Virus record (IMG/VR): IMGVR_UViG_3300032038_008756
Reading direction: 5' to 3' (one strand)
DNA length: 20,000 nucleotides
Source of the DNA: an uncultured virus (IMG/VR IMGVR_UViG_3300032038_008756)
Taxonomy: Duplodnaviria; Heunggongvirae; Uroviricota; Caudoviricetes
Part shown: piece after piece, positions 8,345 to 15,810 of the stretch
Layout: the number at the start of each line of letters is the position of its first letter
Numbering within the stretch: the stretch's first letter is position 1
Notes under the pieces: model-generated
What the model saw: only the letters and a program-made list of their open reading frames with translations
Told to the model about the DNA's origin: nothing
Databases searched by the model: none
Program-made: the position numbers and the translations under genes

Positions 8345-8355
8345 CCTTATATATG
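8345..8355 (+). promoter_or_regulatory. repeated promoter-like motif CCTTATATATG
   Basis: TTTTCCTTATATATGTGAAA; the last G is the first base of the GTG start of 8355..8543. Confidence 0.7.
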
Positions 8356-8543
8356 TGAAAACAAAAGAAGAATTAGAATTTGAAGATGATTTGAAAATAA
8401 CTACAAAGAAAGTAGGAAATAAATGGACTTTCGAAGTTTTTGAAAATGGAAAGTCTAGAATTACTACTCCAGAATATTTCAACACTGATAAAGAAGCTGA
8501 AGAGTCTGGTATAGAAGCAGCAAATTTATATATTAGGATATGA
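8355..8543 (+). CDS. small acidic hypothetical protein
   Basis: 62-aa ORF with GTG start at the motif and ATGA overlap downstream. Confidence 0.7.
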   Translation: MKTKEELEFEDDLKITTKKVGNKWTFEVFENGKSRITTPEYFNTDKEAEESGIEAANLYIRI

Positions 8544-8770
8544 TAGATATTATATTGACAACTTATTTAGTAGGTGTTATTTTAAACCTAGTATTAGTGG
8601 TAATAGAAGAAAGCAAGTTTTCTAAACCAATATGGTGGCTAATATTTAATGAACCGAAGAAGAAGACCACATGGTTTGCAGTATTAGATAAATTTATCTT
8701 TATTGCATGTTCTTGGATCAGCTATTTGATATTCGGTATTATGTATTATATAGAACATTGGCGAGAATGA
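8540..8770 (+). CDS. small membrane protein (two hydrophobic segments)
   Basis: IILTTYLVGVILNLVLVVI and FIFIACSWISYLIFGIMYYI. Confidence 0.75.
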   Translation: MIDIILTTYLVGVILNLVLVVIEESKFSKPIWWLIFNEPKKKTTWFAVLDKFIFIACSWISYLIFGIMYYIEHWRE

Positions 8771-8958
8771 AGGTAGTTTTTAAGATTGAGGGTAAAGAGG
8801 ATAAAGTTGAATTTTTACCTGCTGGGTATCCAATCCCCCTTCCAAATGAAGAAGTATCCTTTCCGGATTCGGATGAAATGTATAAAGTACAAAAGCGTAT
8901 TTTTGATTTTGGAGAATTTAGTGAAAGTACCGGTATAATAATTTGGCTTACAAAATGA
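8767..8958 (+). CDS. small hypothetical protein
   Basis: Start reassigned from 8707 to ATG 8767 (ATGA overlap); 63 aa, MKVVFKIEG...PIPLPNEEV. Confidence 0.75.
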   Translation: MKVVFKIEGKEDKVEFLPAGYPIPLPNEEVSFPDSDEMYKVQKRIFDFGEFSESTGIIIWLTK

Positions 8959-9266
8959 GAATAGTAGTAATTATATTAATGATAGTAGGTCTCATTTCTG
9001 TAATTTTGCTATTAATTGCTTGGATAGTTAAAAAGAATGATACCGGTGAGTATAGAATTGTAAAGAAACAACCTGTTGATTTTCAAGGCGACTATGCTAT
9101 TCAGAGGCGGAATAAAATTATAGGTTGGAGAGAAATATACTCTATTTGGGGTTTTAGATCTGCAAAAGAAGTACTTGGACAAATTGAAAAGTATGGAGCT
9201 CCTGGAGTAGTAGATTCAGTTGATATAGATAATAAAATGTCAACTGAAAGAAATAAGGGGAGATAA
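8955..9266 (+). CDS. hypothetical protein with N-terminal membrane anchor
   Basis: Start reassigned to ATG 8955 (ATGA overlap); MRIVVIILMIVGLISVILLLIAWIV. Confidence 0.8.
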   Translation: MRIVVIILMIVGLISVILLLIAWIVKKNDTGEYRIVKKQPVDFQGDYAIQRRNKIIGWREIYSIWGFRSAKEVLGQIEKYGAPGVVDSVDIDNKMSTERNKGR

Positions 9267-9288
9267 CACCTCTCCTTTTATTTTATTT
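9251..9288 (+). terminator. intrinsic terminator
   Basis: AAGGGGAG-ATAACAC-CTCTCCTT imperfect stem followed by a T-rich tract, directly before the next motif copy. Confidence 0.65.
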
Positions 9289-9299
9289 CCTTATAATTG
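9289..9299 (+). promoter_or_regulatory. promoter-like motif variant CCTTATAATTG
   Basis: Followed after 2 nt by ATG 9302, the same spacing as at 4496 and 15411. Confidence 0.6.
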
Positions 9300-9301
9300 A
9301 G

Positions 9302-9853
9302 ATGTTTTTATATGAAGTAATAACAAGAAAACGTAAATATGCATTAATTATATTAGATAAATATAAGTTTATTGGTATTGATGTTCCAACAATAAAAACA
9401 AAGATAAATAAAGAGGAATATCAATATCTCTTAGGCTTAATAAAACATAAAAAATATGATGAGGCAAAAAAGTCAATGGATATATTAAACTTTGATAAAA
9501 GTAAAACATTGCCTCTTTATATATTTCTTAGGGTTGAGATTCCTATGTGGAAACGACTTGTTCCTTGCTCATTGTTTGAAACTATTAAGTCTATTAGACT
9601 TATCCCTAGAGGATCTATCAAGTCAATAACAAACCTTGAGCGAGATCATAGAGTAACTAAGAGAAACTTAAATAGTTTGAAGAAATTTGAGGATTTTATT
9701 TACGATTATATTATTTTAAATTACTCAATGCCAAAACATGACTCTTCAGTGTTTAATTCTAATATGCTGGAAGAAGATCTTCTTTGGTTAGCATCAAAAT
9801 ACTATGACTGTTTTAGACCCATTAATAATTTGGATTTGGAAAATAAAAAATGA
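9302..9853 (+). CDS. hypothetical protein
   Basis: 183-aa ORF following the motif. Confidence 0.8.
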   Translation: MFLYEVITRKRKYALIILDKYKFIGIDVPTIKTKINKEEYQYLLGLIKHKKYDEAKKSMDILNFDKSKTLPLYIFLRVEIPMWKRLVPCSLFETIKSIRLIPRGSIKSITNLERDHRVTKRNLNSLKKFEDFIYDYIILNYSMPKHDSSVFNSNMLEEDLLWLASKYYDCFRPINNLDLENKK

Positions 9854-10343
9854 ATTTCCAGATGACGGTTGGACAGTTACTCCTGGATCCAAAGAGGATT
9901 TAGTTAGCCTGGAAATACACCAAATAGAATATCTTATCTGGAGAAAAGGAAAAGATGAATTTTGTATTGGAAATTATTTAGGGGTACTTCTTCAAACAAA
10001 AAATCTAGAAGAAATGAAAAAATTTATTCTCTCTAGATTTGAAAATAAAGAAGACGAACAACCTTTTAAAGATTTCTTTATTTCCTTAATAAACTTTATT
10101 GGGGAGTATCCAAAAATAACAATAAAGTTTAATGAAGGAAAAGAAAACAGAATTGATTTTGGAATTACTAAACGAGAAAAAGATACTGAGATAACACAAT
10201 TCTATACTGCTAAAAGTGATGGTTTCTTTGTAACTCTGACAATAGAGGATAGCACTAACAATGTTGTAGAAGAATTTTACAATGGCAGTAGAGTTGAGTT
10301 TGGAAAATGGTTTATTAATTGGTTAATGGAAGAGTATGGATGA
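9804..10343 (+). CDS. hypothetical protein (start uncertain)
   Basis: Long open frame, but the ATG in the usual ATGA overlap position (9850) is out of frame. Confidence 0.7.
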   Translation: MTVLDPLIIWIWKIKNEFPDDGWTVTPGSKEDLVSLEIHQIEYLIWRKGKDEFCIGNYLGVLLQTKNLEEMKKFILSRFENKEDEQPFKDFFISLINFIGEYPKITIKFNEGKENRIDFGITKREKDTEITQFYTAKSDGFFVTLTIEDSTNNVVEEFYNGSRVEFGKWFINWLMEEYG

Positions 10344-10620
10344 TATATTTATTAACATAGTTCAAAGTGTAATTGGAATTTCTAGTGAATCAGAGTATCT
10401 AAAATCTTTAGGTATCCCAACTGTAATGTATAATGGGGCCAGGGACGTGATAGGTCTTAATCAAACTTATTTCATATTTGAAGATAATGCTTACCTAGTT
10501 GAGACTAAAGAGAAAAAACTATGGAAATTAAATTTAAATCAGAAGGGCGGTTTATTGAATAAGACATTAATTTATGATGGTGATAAAATTGATTTTGAAA
10601 TAATAAAACTATTCTTATAA
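10336..10620 (+). CDS. hypothetical protein (probable paralogue of 10621..10911)
   Basis: 94-aa ORF with FINIVQSV...LGIPTVMYNG. Confidence 0.8.
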   Translation: MDDIFINIVQSVIGISSESEYLKSLGIPTVMYNGARDVIGLNQTYFIFEDNAYLVETKEKKLWKLNLNQKGGLLNKTLIYDGDKIDFEIIKLFL

Positions 10621-10911
10621 ATGTCTGAATTAATCAACATAATAAATCACGTATTTGATGATTTTGGTCTACCTCCAGCCTTATATGGGACTAAACGATT
10701 TCTAAGTGATGAGATTTGTGAACTTATCCTTGAGAGTGGTATACATTATAATATAAGTATGGTCGGTATAGACGAAGTTGAAGTTACCCAAGATGAAAAT
10801 GTAGTTATAACAAAACCTCATATGGTAACTACAAGAACAAAAGAGATCTTTCGCGGTTCAATAGAAAACTTTGAAAGATGGATAATAGAACTTTATATTT
10901 ATGACCTATGA
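10621..10911 (+). CDS. hypothetical protein (probable paralogue of 10336..10620)
   Basis: 96-aa ORF with LINIINHV...FGLPPALYG. Confidence 0.8.
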   Translation: MSELINIINHVFDDFGLPPALYGTKRFLSDEICELILESGIHYNISMVGIDEVEVTQDENVVITKPHMVTTRTKEIFRGSIENFERWIIELYIYDL

Positions 10912-11438
10912 CAACAATTAATGGTGGAACAGCAGAAACAAGAGAATTTATTGAAGGTGTTCTTTGGAAAATGAAGAAATTCCTTCCAATTGATCCATTT
11001 GATGGAAAACTCTTAGTAGTAGAGGAAGAGACTGAAAATCAAATTGAACTCAGTAATGGCGAGGCTGATGATAATAGACGAGAATATACCATAAATAAAA
11101 TAAGCACCAAGAAAAATGGTTTTGATATTTATGATTGGGTATTTAAAGCGGGCGATGTTATTATTGATGAAGGCAAAGCTGTATCTAGTTCATCGGGTTT
11201 ACATGTTCTCCCTAGTACAATGAAAGATGCGATAGTAGTTATTACTGGAACTCTTACTTATACTAGATCACGTTATGAAACAATCATAACTAATATGGGA
11301 GGCATTAATGGACGAGGAATGACAAAGAAAACTGATTTTCTAATTGTTGGTGTTAATTCAGGAAGTAAATTAGCTAAGGCTAAAGCACTAGGGACAGCTA
11401 TAATTGGAGAAAAGGAGTTCCTTGCAGTTTACGGCTGA
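10908..11438 (+). CDS. BRCT-domain protein (LigA-type BRCT fused to unknown acidic N-terminal domain)
   Basis: VVITGTLTYTR...MGG...MTKKTDFLIVGVNSGSKLAKAKALGTAIIGEKEFL matches the C-terminal BRCT of NAD-dependent DNA ligase; no ligase catalytic domain. Confidence 0.88.
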   Translation: MTTINGGTAETREFIEGVLWKMKKFLPIDPFDGKLLVVEEETENQIELSNGEADDNRREYTINKISTKKNGFDIYDWVFKAGDVIIDEGKAVSSSSGLHVLPSTMKDAIVVITGTLTYTRSRYETIITNMGGINGRGMTKKTDFLIVGVNSGSKLAKAKALGTAIIGEKEFLAVYG

Positions 11439-11441
11439 AAT

Positions 11442-11452
11442 CCTTATATATG
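11442..11452 (+). promoter_or_regulatory. repeated promoter-like motif CCTTATATATG
   Basis: TGAAATCCTTATATATG; the TGA is the stop codon of the BRCT gene. Confidence 0.7.
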
Positions 11453-11560
11453 AATATAAATGACAGGTCAGCGGATCTGTCTTACTCAATTAATTACGAT
11501 AAATCGGTTAATTATTAATTAGTAAAGGTAGGGCGTAGTGATTACGGTCTATCTTTTTTT
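11453..11560 (+). ncRNA. candidate small RNA (about 110 nt, three hairpins) or micro-ORF transcript
   Basis: GACAGGTC-AGCG-GATCTGTC hairpin, an AT-rich hairpin, then AAAGGTAGGGCGTA-GTGAT-TACGGTCTATCTTT plus T-run. Confidence 0.5.
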
Positions 11561-11567
11561 CTTATGT

Positions 11568-11610
11568 AAAAAAAATAAAGAGAGCTTAGGTTATTTACCT
11601 TTACTCTCTT
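11568..11610 (-). terminator. intrinsic terminator of the minus-strand unit
   Basis: AAGAGAG..AGGT/ACCT..CTCTCTT inverted repeat with an A8 tract on the left (U-tract on minus). Confidence 0.65.
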
Positions 11611-11616
11611 ATTATT

Positions 11617-12195
11617 TTATTCCGGCAATTGCAATCCCTGAATTTGTTGAAAACCAGGAATATACGAGAACATAGTCTGCAGTACTGACAATACATCACC
11701 AGCTCTTCCCTCTGGTAAAAGAGGAATTTGAAACCTTTGACACATATATCGTACTGTAGCCTCATGTATATATTCACCAGGACATCTTACTACTGTCTTA
11801 CCACTTCTTACAATATATCCGAATTCCATAAGAGGAAGAACATCAGTACTCTTCTTAAGGAAATTACAAAATATACCATCACAATATTCTATAGCATCCA
11901 TTTTCCAATTTTGTGCTAAGACAAATTCTGGATTTTCTATTGAACGCTCGTGATTCAATATTTGTGATCTAGGATTACATATCACAAAACGCTTCCCCTT
12001 AAATTGAAGAAGTGCCTTTTGACTACTAGGATCTGTCAGAATTTGAAGTCCATTAATAAACTTTGATTGCCAATCAAATGCATCTCCTTCTGCAATTGAC
12101 ATACAGCCAGCTAAATAAATCTTAAGTGCACCTGGACTTTCAATAAAATTATCTCCAGGACTTAATACCACTATGTTTTCTGAAATATTAATCAT
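11617..12195 (-). CDS. nucleoside 2-deoxyribosyltransferase-like protein (Nuc_deoxyri_tr2-like)
   Basis: KIYLAG...DWQ...ICNPR...W..DAIEYCD.I...PLMEFG...KTVVRCP motif order. Confidence 0.75.
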   Translation of the reverse strand: MINISENIVVLSPGDNFIESPGALKIYLAGCMSIAEGDAFDWQSKFINGLQILTDPSSQKALLQFKGKRFVICNPRSQILNHERSIENPEFVLAQNWKMDAIEYCDGIFCNFLKKSTDVLPLMEFGYIVRSGKTVVRCPGEYIHEATVRYMCQRFQIPLLPEGRAGDVLSVLQTMFSYIPGFQQIQGLQLPE

Positions 12196-12238
12196 ATCTT
12201 TTAATAATTTTAAAAAAGAGAAGAGATATTTCTCCTCC

Positions 12239-12823
12239 TTAGGTCCACTCAGTAACCTTAAGTTTATCTGTATAAAGTTTTCTGAGTGTTTTCATATCTC
12301 CGGTTTCTATTAGTATTGCAACATCTGCATATTCATCCGTCTTAGGCTCGACAATGTATTGATTATATACATAATCTCTTTTCTGTTCTGCTTGTTTAAG
12401 ATAATTATCATATGTATCAATAATACAAAAACGTCGCCCTGCAGTAATTGCCTTCTTAATATCTTCCTTCAAGTCTTTCAACGGATAACCGACAAGTGGT
12501 ATAAATTCTGTTGTTTTAAATTCTTTTCTAATAGCAGAATTTACAAACTTAGAAATTACATTCATGACATCATCCATCACTCTTTTATCAATCCCAATCA
12601 TTGCACGTTGCATTTCTTTATGCACCTGAATTTGACTCTTTGGTACAGGAAATGCCACAATAGCCGTATTTTTACTTCTCTGTGTAACTGTAAGTCCTTC
12701 TGGTTTGTTTTTTGTTGCAAGAAACATTCCTTCAAGATTAGTATAATACTTAATCAAGAGATTAGTTTCAACTGCAATTGTCATACAGCTACTATCTGGA
12801 TCAAAACCGGTTTGTATATTCAT
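12239..12823 (-). CDS. hypothetical protein
   Basis: 194-aa ORF downstream of the motif copy at 12854. Confidence 0.85.
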   Translation of the reverse strand: MNIQTGFDPDSSCMTIAVETNLLIKYYTNLEGMFLATKNKPEGLTVTQRSKNTAIVAFPVPKSQIQVHKEMQRAMIGIDKRVMDDVMNVISKFVNSAIRKEFKTTEFIPLVGYPLKDLKEDIKKAITAGRRFCIIDTYDNYLKQAEQKRDYVYNQYIVEPKTDEYADVAILIETGDMKTLRKLYTDKLKVTEWT

Positions 12824-12853
12824 ATTCTTTTTCTTTTAAGTTTAATTTCATTC

Positions 12854-12864
12854 CATGTATAAGA
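12854..12864 (-). promoter_or_regulatory. promoter-like motif variant TCTTATACATG
   Basis: Minus strand reads TGAAATTCTTATACATGG; the TGA is the stop of 12868..13452. Confidence 0.55.
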
Positions 12865-12867
12865 ATT

Positions 12868-13452
12868 TCACAACCCTTTTTTCTTCAAGTATTGTTCTAA
12901 GTCTGTCGTGAAGTTAAGAGGCTGTGGATTAGGATCAGGAACTGATGACTGTAGTAATGCTGTAAGTTCATGAAACCTTCCCTTCTGTACAGATTCTTTT
13001 TGAAAATCTTTAATACGAAATGTTTGAATCCCATGAGCTTGTGATAAGTAGTCATCCCTAACTTTGTCTTTAACTGGATCATGATAATCACTATCCAATT
13101 CTATTGCTAACTTAAGAGATGGAAAATAGTAATCTAGAAGAGCAAATAATCCCTTTGTCATACCAGGTAATCGTTTACTATTTTCAAATACTATTGGCAT
13201 CTCTTTAATAACATCTCCAAGACCGTTAAAATACCCAATATTTATAAGCATATCAAAAAGACGTGCTTGAGTACTTCTTCGAACTAACTGCTTCCTTCTA
13301 GTATACTTCTTAGCTGATTTAGGAGACGGATAGACCATTGCCTCAAAGTTTACTAATTTACCAGATTTAGAAATTGCATAGGTTGGAAAAGACATGAAAG
13401 AAATTCCTGGAATCCAAAATTTTCTTCTATAATCTTCTACCATACGCTTCAT
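12868..13452 (-). CDS. DUF559/Vsr-like PD-(D/E)xK endonuclease domain protein
   Basis: LDYYFPSLKLAIELDSDYHD...RDDYL...GIQTFRI. Confidence 0.8.
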   Translation of the reverse strand: MKRMVEDYRRKFWIPGISFMSFPTYAISKSGKLVNFEAMVYPSPKSAKKYTRRKQLVRRSTQARLFDMLINIGYFNGLGDVIKEMPIVFENSKRLPGMTKGLFALLDYYFPSLKLAIELDSDYHDPVKDKVRDDYLSQAHGIQTFRIKDFQKESVQKGRFHELTALLQSSVPDPNPQPLNFTTDLEQYLKKKGL

Positions 13453-13457
13453 TGTTT

Positions 13458-13491
13458 AAAAAATAGAGAACATAGATGATCTACATTCTCT
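13458..13491 (-). terminator. intrinsic terminator-like hairpin
   Basis: Minus strand AGAGAATGTAGA-TCA-TCTATGTTCTCT-ATTTTTT (two G-U pairs). Confidence 0.7.
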
Positions 13492-13508
13492 TGTCAAATG
13501 TTATCTTC

Positions 13509-13519
13509 CATGAATAAGG
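13509..13519 (-). promoter_or_regulatory. promoter-like motif variant CCTTATTCATG
   Basis: Intergenic; minus strand reads GCCTTATTCATGGAA. Confidence 0.5.
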
Positions 13520-13547
13520 CAACTAAGCTTTGATAGCCGCATTTTAT

Positions 13548-14120
13548 TCATTTCAGATATTTATTTAGGTAGTTTTCTCCTTCTAAGACTTTTAAAATAT
13601 CATTTAACCCTTGAAGTTGTATAAGACAGTCTAAACATAATTCTATACTGCTCTGTTTACTACCAAATGCCAAAAATTCTTTTTTCTCTTTTTCTTCCAG
13701 TTGAGGAAACTTTTTACATTCTTCTGTCCACACATCGAAGTGATATATAATCTTATCACATAGAGCACATTTCTCCTTAAACCTTCCAATTAATGGAAAA
13801 ACAAGTTCTGGATTCAGGAAAGAGTGCAATAGATGTCTCATAAATCTATTATATTGTTGAGATCTCCATCCCCACAATAAAATAACTAATTCACTATCTT
13901 CTGGTTCTAACCAGCCCTTTATGTTTTTTGTTTTTGCTCTATTTGATAAAATTTTTTGACCTATTTGTCTATCTAAGAGAGTTGGTGGAAATAGATATAC
14001 GAATACCGCATTTCTTTCATTCTCACTGATAGTATAATCCTCTTGTAAGTCTTGTATAACTTCTTTCTGTGAATGACCTACATATTTCTTAATAAGCTCT
14101 TTAACTCGTAATATGTTCAT
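13548..14120 (-). CDS. hypothetical protein, putative C4 zinc-binding
   Basis: 190-aa ORF with CALC and CLDC pairs. Confidence 0.8.
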   Translation of the reverse strand: MNILRVKELIKKYVGHSQKEVIQDLQEDYTISENERNAVFVYLFPPTLLDRQIGQKILSNRAKTKNIKGWLEPEDSELVILLWGWRSQQYNRFMRHLLHSFLNPELVFPLIGRFKEKCALCDKIIYHFDVWTEECKKFPQLEEKEKKEFLAFGSKQSSIELCLDCLIQLQGLNDILKVLEGENYLNKYLK

Positions 14121-14137
14121 AATAAATGTATGAAATT

Positions 14138-14171
14138 AAAGGACTCCTAAGTTTTATCTCCAAGAGTCCTC
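14138..14171 (-). terminator. terminator-like hairpin
   Basis: AGGACTC...GAGTCCT inverted repeat followed on minus by TTAATTT. Confidence 0.55.
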
Positions 14172-14182
14172 ATTTAGGTTGT

Positions 14183-14335
14183 TTAAAAGTACAATTCTGG
14201 GCCTGCAATGATACACATGTTAGTTTTACCTAACTGTTTACTAATAGGCACTATTGTAGTTTCCTCAACTTTGCTTACTTCTACTTTTTTACCAGTAGGG
14301 TAATCATTTCTAAAAAAGTAATTTTCGTTCTTCAT
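14183..14335 (-). CDS. small hypothetical protein (50 aa) not in the ORF track
   Basis: MKNENYFFRNDYPTGKKVEVSKVEETTIVPISKQLGKTNMCIIAGPELYF*; fills the gap, is co-oriented, has an A-rich leader and a hairpin after the stop. Confidence 0.65.
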   Translation of the reverse strand: MKNENYFFRNDYPTGKKVEVSKVEETTIVPISKQLGKTNMCIIAGPELYF

Positions 14336-14355
14336 TTTCTTCTATTTTAGTATTA

Positions 14356-14781
14356 TTAAACTTTTTCATCATTAAGGATTTGAGCTATTTTCTTCAGATA
14401 TATTTCTTCAGAATAATCACCCTGTAGTTCTATAGGACAATCTTCCTTAAATTGATTTCTATAATCATCAATTTCTAGAATTATTTCATTAAAGTCACCG
14501 TTTTTATTTGACTCCTTGCAGTAAAGAAGAAGTTCTCTAAGATAAAGACGGTCTAACTGATATGAAATAACAAGACCTAAGTGTTTTATAGAAAGAATGA
14601 TCTTATCTTGATAATCTATAATTTCGCTTATTTGGTATAAGGAGGTATCTGATTCTAGGCTAAATGCTATTGATACTCCTTTTTCTGAGTTTACCAACAT
14701 TACCCGTATTATTCTTTCTATACTTACTCTGAGGTCTTTATATAGTTTATTATAAGTTTTATAAAACTGTTCTTTCCCCAT
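14356..14781 (-). CDS. hypothetical protein
   Basis: 141-aa ORF overlapping the end of the upstream gene. Confidence 0.8.
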   Translation of the reverse strand: MGKEQFYKTYNKLYKDLRVSIERIIRVMLVNSEKGVSIAFSLESDTSLYQISEIIDYQDKIILSIKHLGLVISYQLDRLYLRELLLYCKESNKNGDFNEIILEIDDYRNQFKEDCPIELQGDYSEEIYLKKIAQILNDEKV

Positions 14782-15394
14782 AATTAATTCTAATTGATTG
14801 AAGTATTCTAAGTGAATTAAAACACTCCATAGTTGTTATATTATATTCCCCTCCATTAAGACTTATTAATCTTTTATCCTGATCATAAGAAAACGAATTT
14901 ACTCCAAATCCCATCCATGTTGGATCATAGAAAAATAAGTCCGAGAATCCATAAATATTATCAATCTTCCCTTGTGAAACTGCATCAGAATATATGTTTG
15001 TAAGATCTATCATAAAAGATTTATCAACTTTAAGAACCGCTGCCTCTATAATTAAATGAATTCGAGGATATTTTCTTTTCATTTCATCATTTCCAAAGAC
15101 TATCCATAAATCCCTAGGGGCTGTCATCATAAAATCAAAATCTTTAATTGATTGCTGACCATTTAATCCCATATTTCGGGTAAGAACAGAATCTATAAAT
15201 AAATTATCTCCTATTTCTTTAATATCACAAATAAGATTAGAGCCAAACTTAATATGTTTAGTTGCCTGCTCATCATCAAATAAACAGGTCATTAAAATTT
15301 CATATTTAAGTTTATTTCTAAATCTGAGATATATAGGTTCATAAGATTGCTGCAACCTTATTAAACTTTCTATTACTGTTTTATCTTCAACCAT
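14759..15394 (-). CDS. hypothetical protein
   Basis: Start reassigned from TTG 15400 to ATG 15394 (MVEDK), 1 nt after the motif. Confidence 0.85.
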   Translation of the reverse strand: MVEDKTVIESLIRLQQSYEPIYLRFRNKLKYEILMTCLFDDEQATKHIKFGSNLICDIKEIGDNLFIDSVLTRNMGLNGQQSIKDFDFMMTAPRDLWIVFGNDEMKRKYPRIHLIIEAAVLKVDKSFMIDLTNIYSDAVSQGKIDNIYGFSDLFFYDPTWMGFGVNSFSYDQDKRLISLNGGEYNITTMECFNSLRILQSIRINYGERTVL

Positions 15395-15395
15395 A

Positions 15396-15421
15396 CACAA
15401 ATAAGGATTTCCTTATATATG
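15396..15421. promoter_or_regulatory. back-to-back divergent motif pair (CCTTATTTGTG minus, CCTTATATATG plus)
   Basis: CACAAATAAGG-ATTT-CCTTATATATG fills almost the entire 29-nt gap between two divergent ATGs. Confidence 0.75.
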
Positions 15422-15423
15422 TT

Positions 15424-15810
15424 ATGATATATTTTATTTCAGGACATAGAGATATAAAAGAAGAAGAATTCAAATTGTGGTATGAACCAAGATTAGAAAA
15501 TATATTAGGTCTTGATATTGAAGCTAGATTTGTAGTTGGAGACTGTAAAGGAGTAGATCAAATGGCACAGGCTTGGCTAAAAGATCATATATTAGATAAA
15601 ACAAGAGTAACTGTATATCACATGTTAGAGAAACCTAGAATTTTAGAAGATAGAAATTTTAATACTATAGGTGGTTTTAAAAGTGATGTAGAAAGAGATA
15701 CTGTAATGACATTATCTAGTGATATGGATATAGCATTTATTGGTAAAGGTAGATGGACTTCTGGAACCGCACAAAACATTCTTAGAAGATATGAACGAAA
15801 CCGACTTTAA
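15424..15810 (+). CDS. SLOG-superfamily (SMF/DprA/LOG, YspA-like) protein
   Basis: YFISGHRD...FVVGDCKGVDQMA...ERD..MT..SD..IAF...SGTAQNI motif order. Confidence 0.7.
   Translation: MIYFISGHRDIKEEEFKLWYEPRLENILGLDIEARFVVGDCKGVDQMAQAWLKDHILDKTRVTVYHMLEKPRILEDRNFNTIGGFKSDVERDTVMTLSSDMDIAFIGKGRWTSGTAQNILRRYERNRL

Noticed and set aside
10908..11438. Calling this gene ligA
   Set aside because: Only the BRCT domain is present; no adenylation (KxDG) or OB domain.
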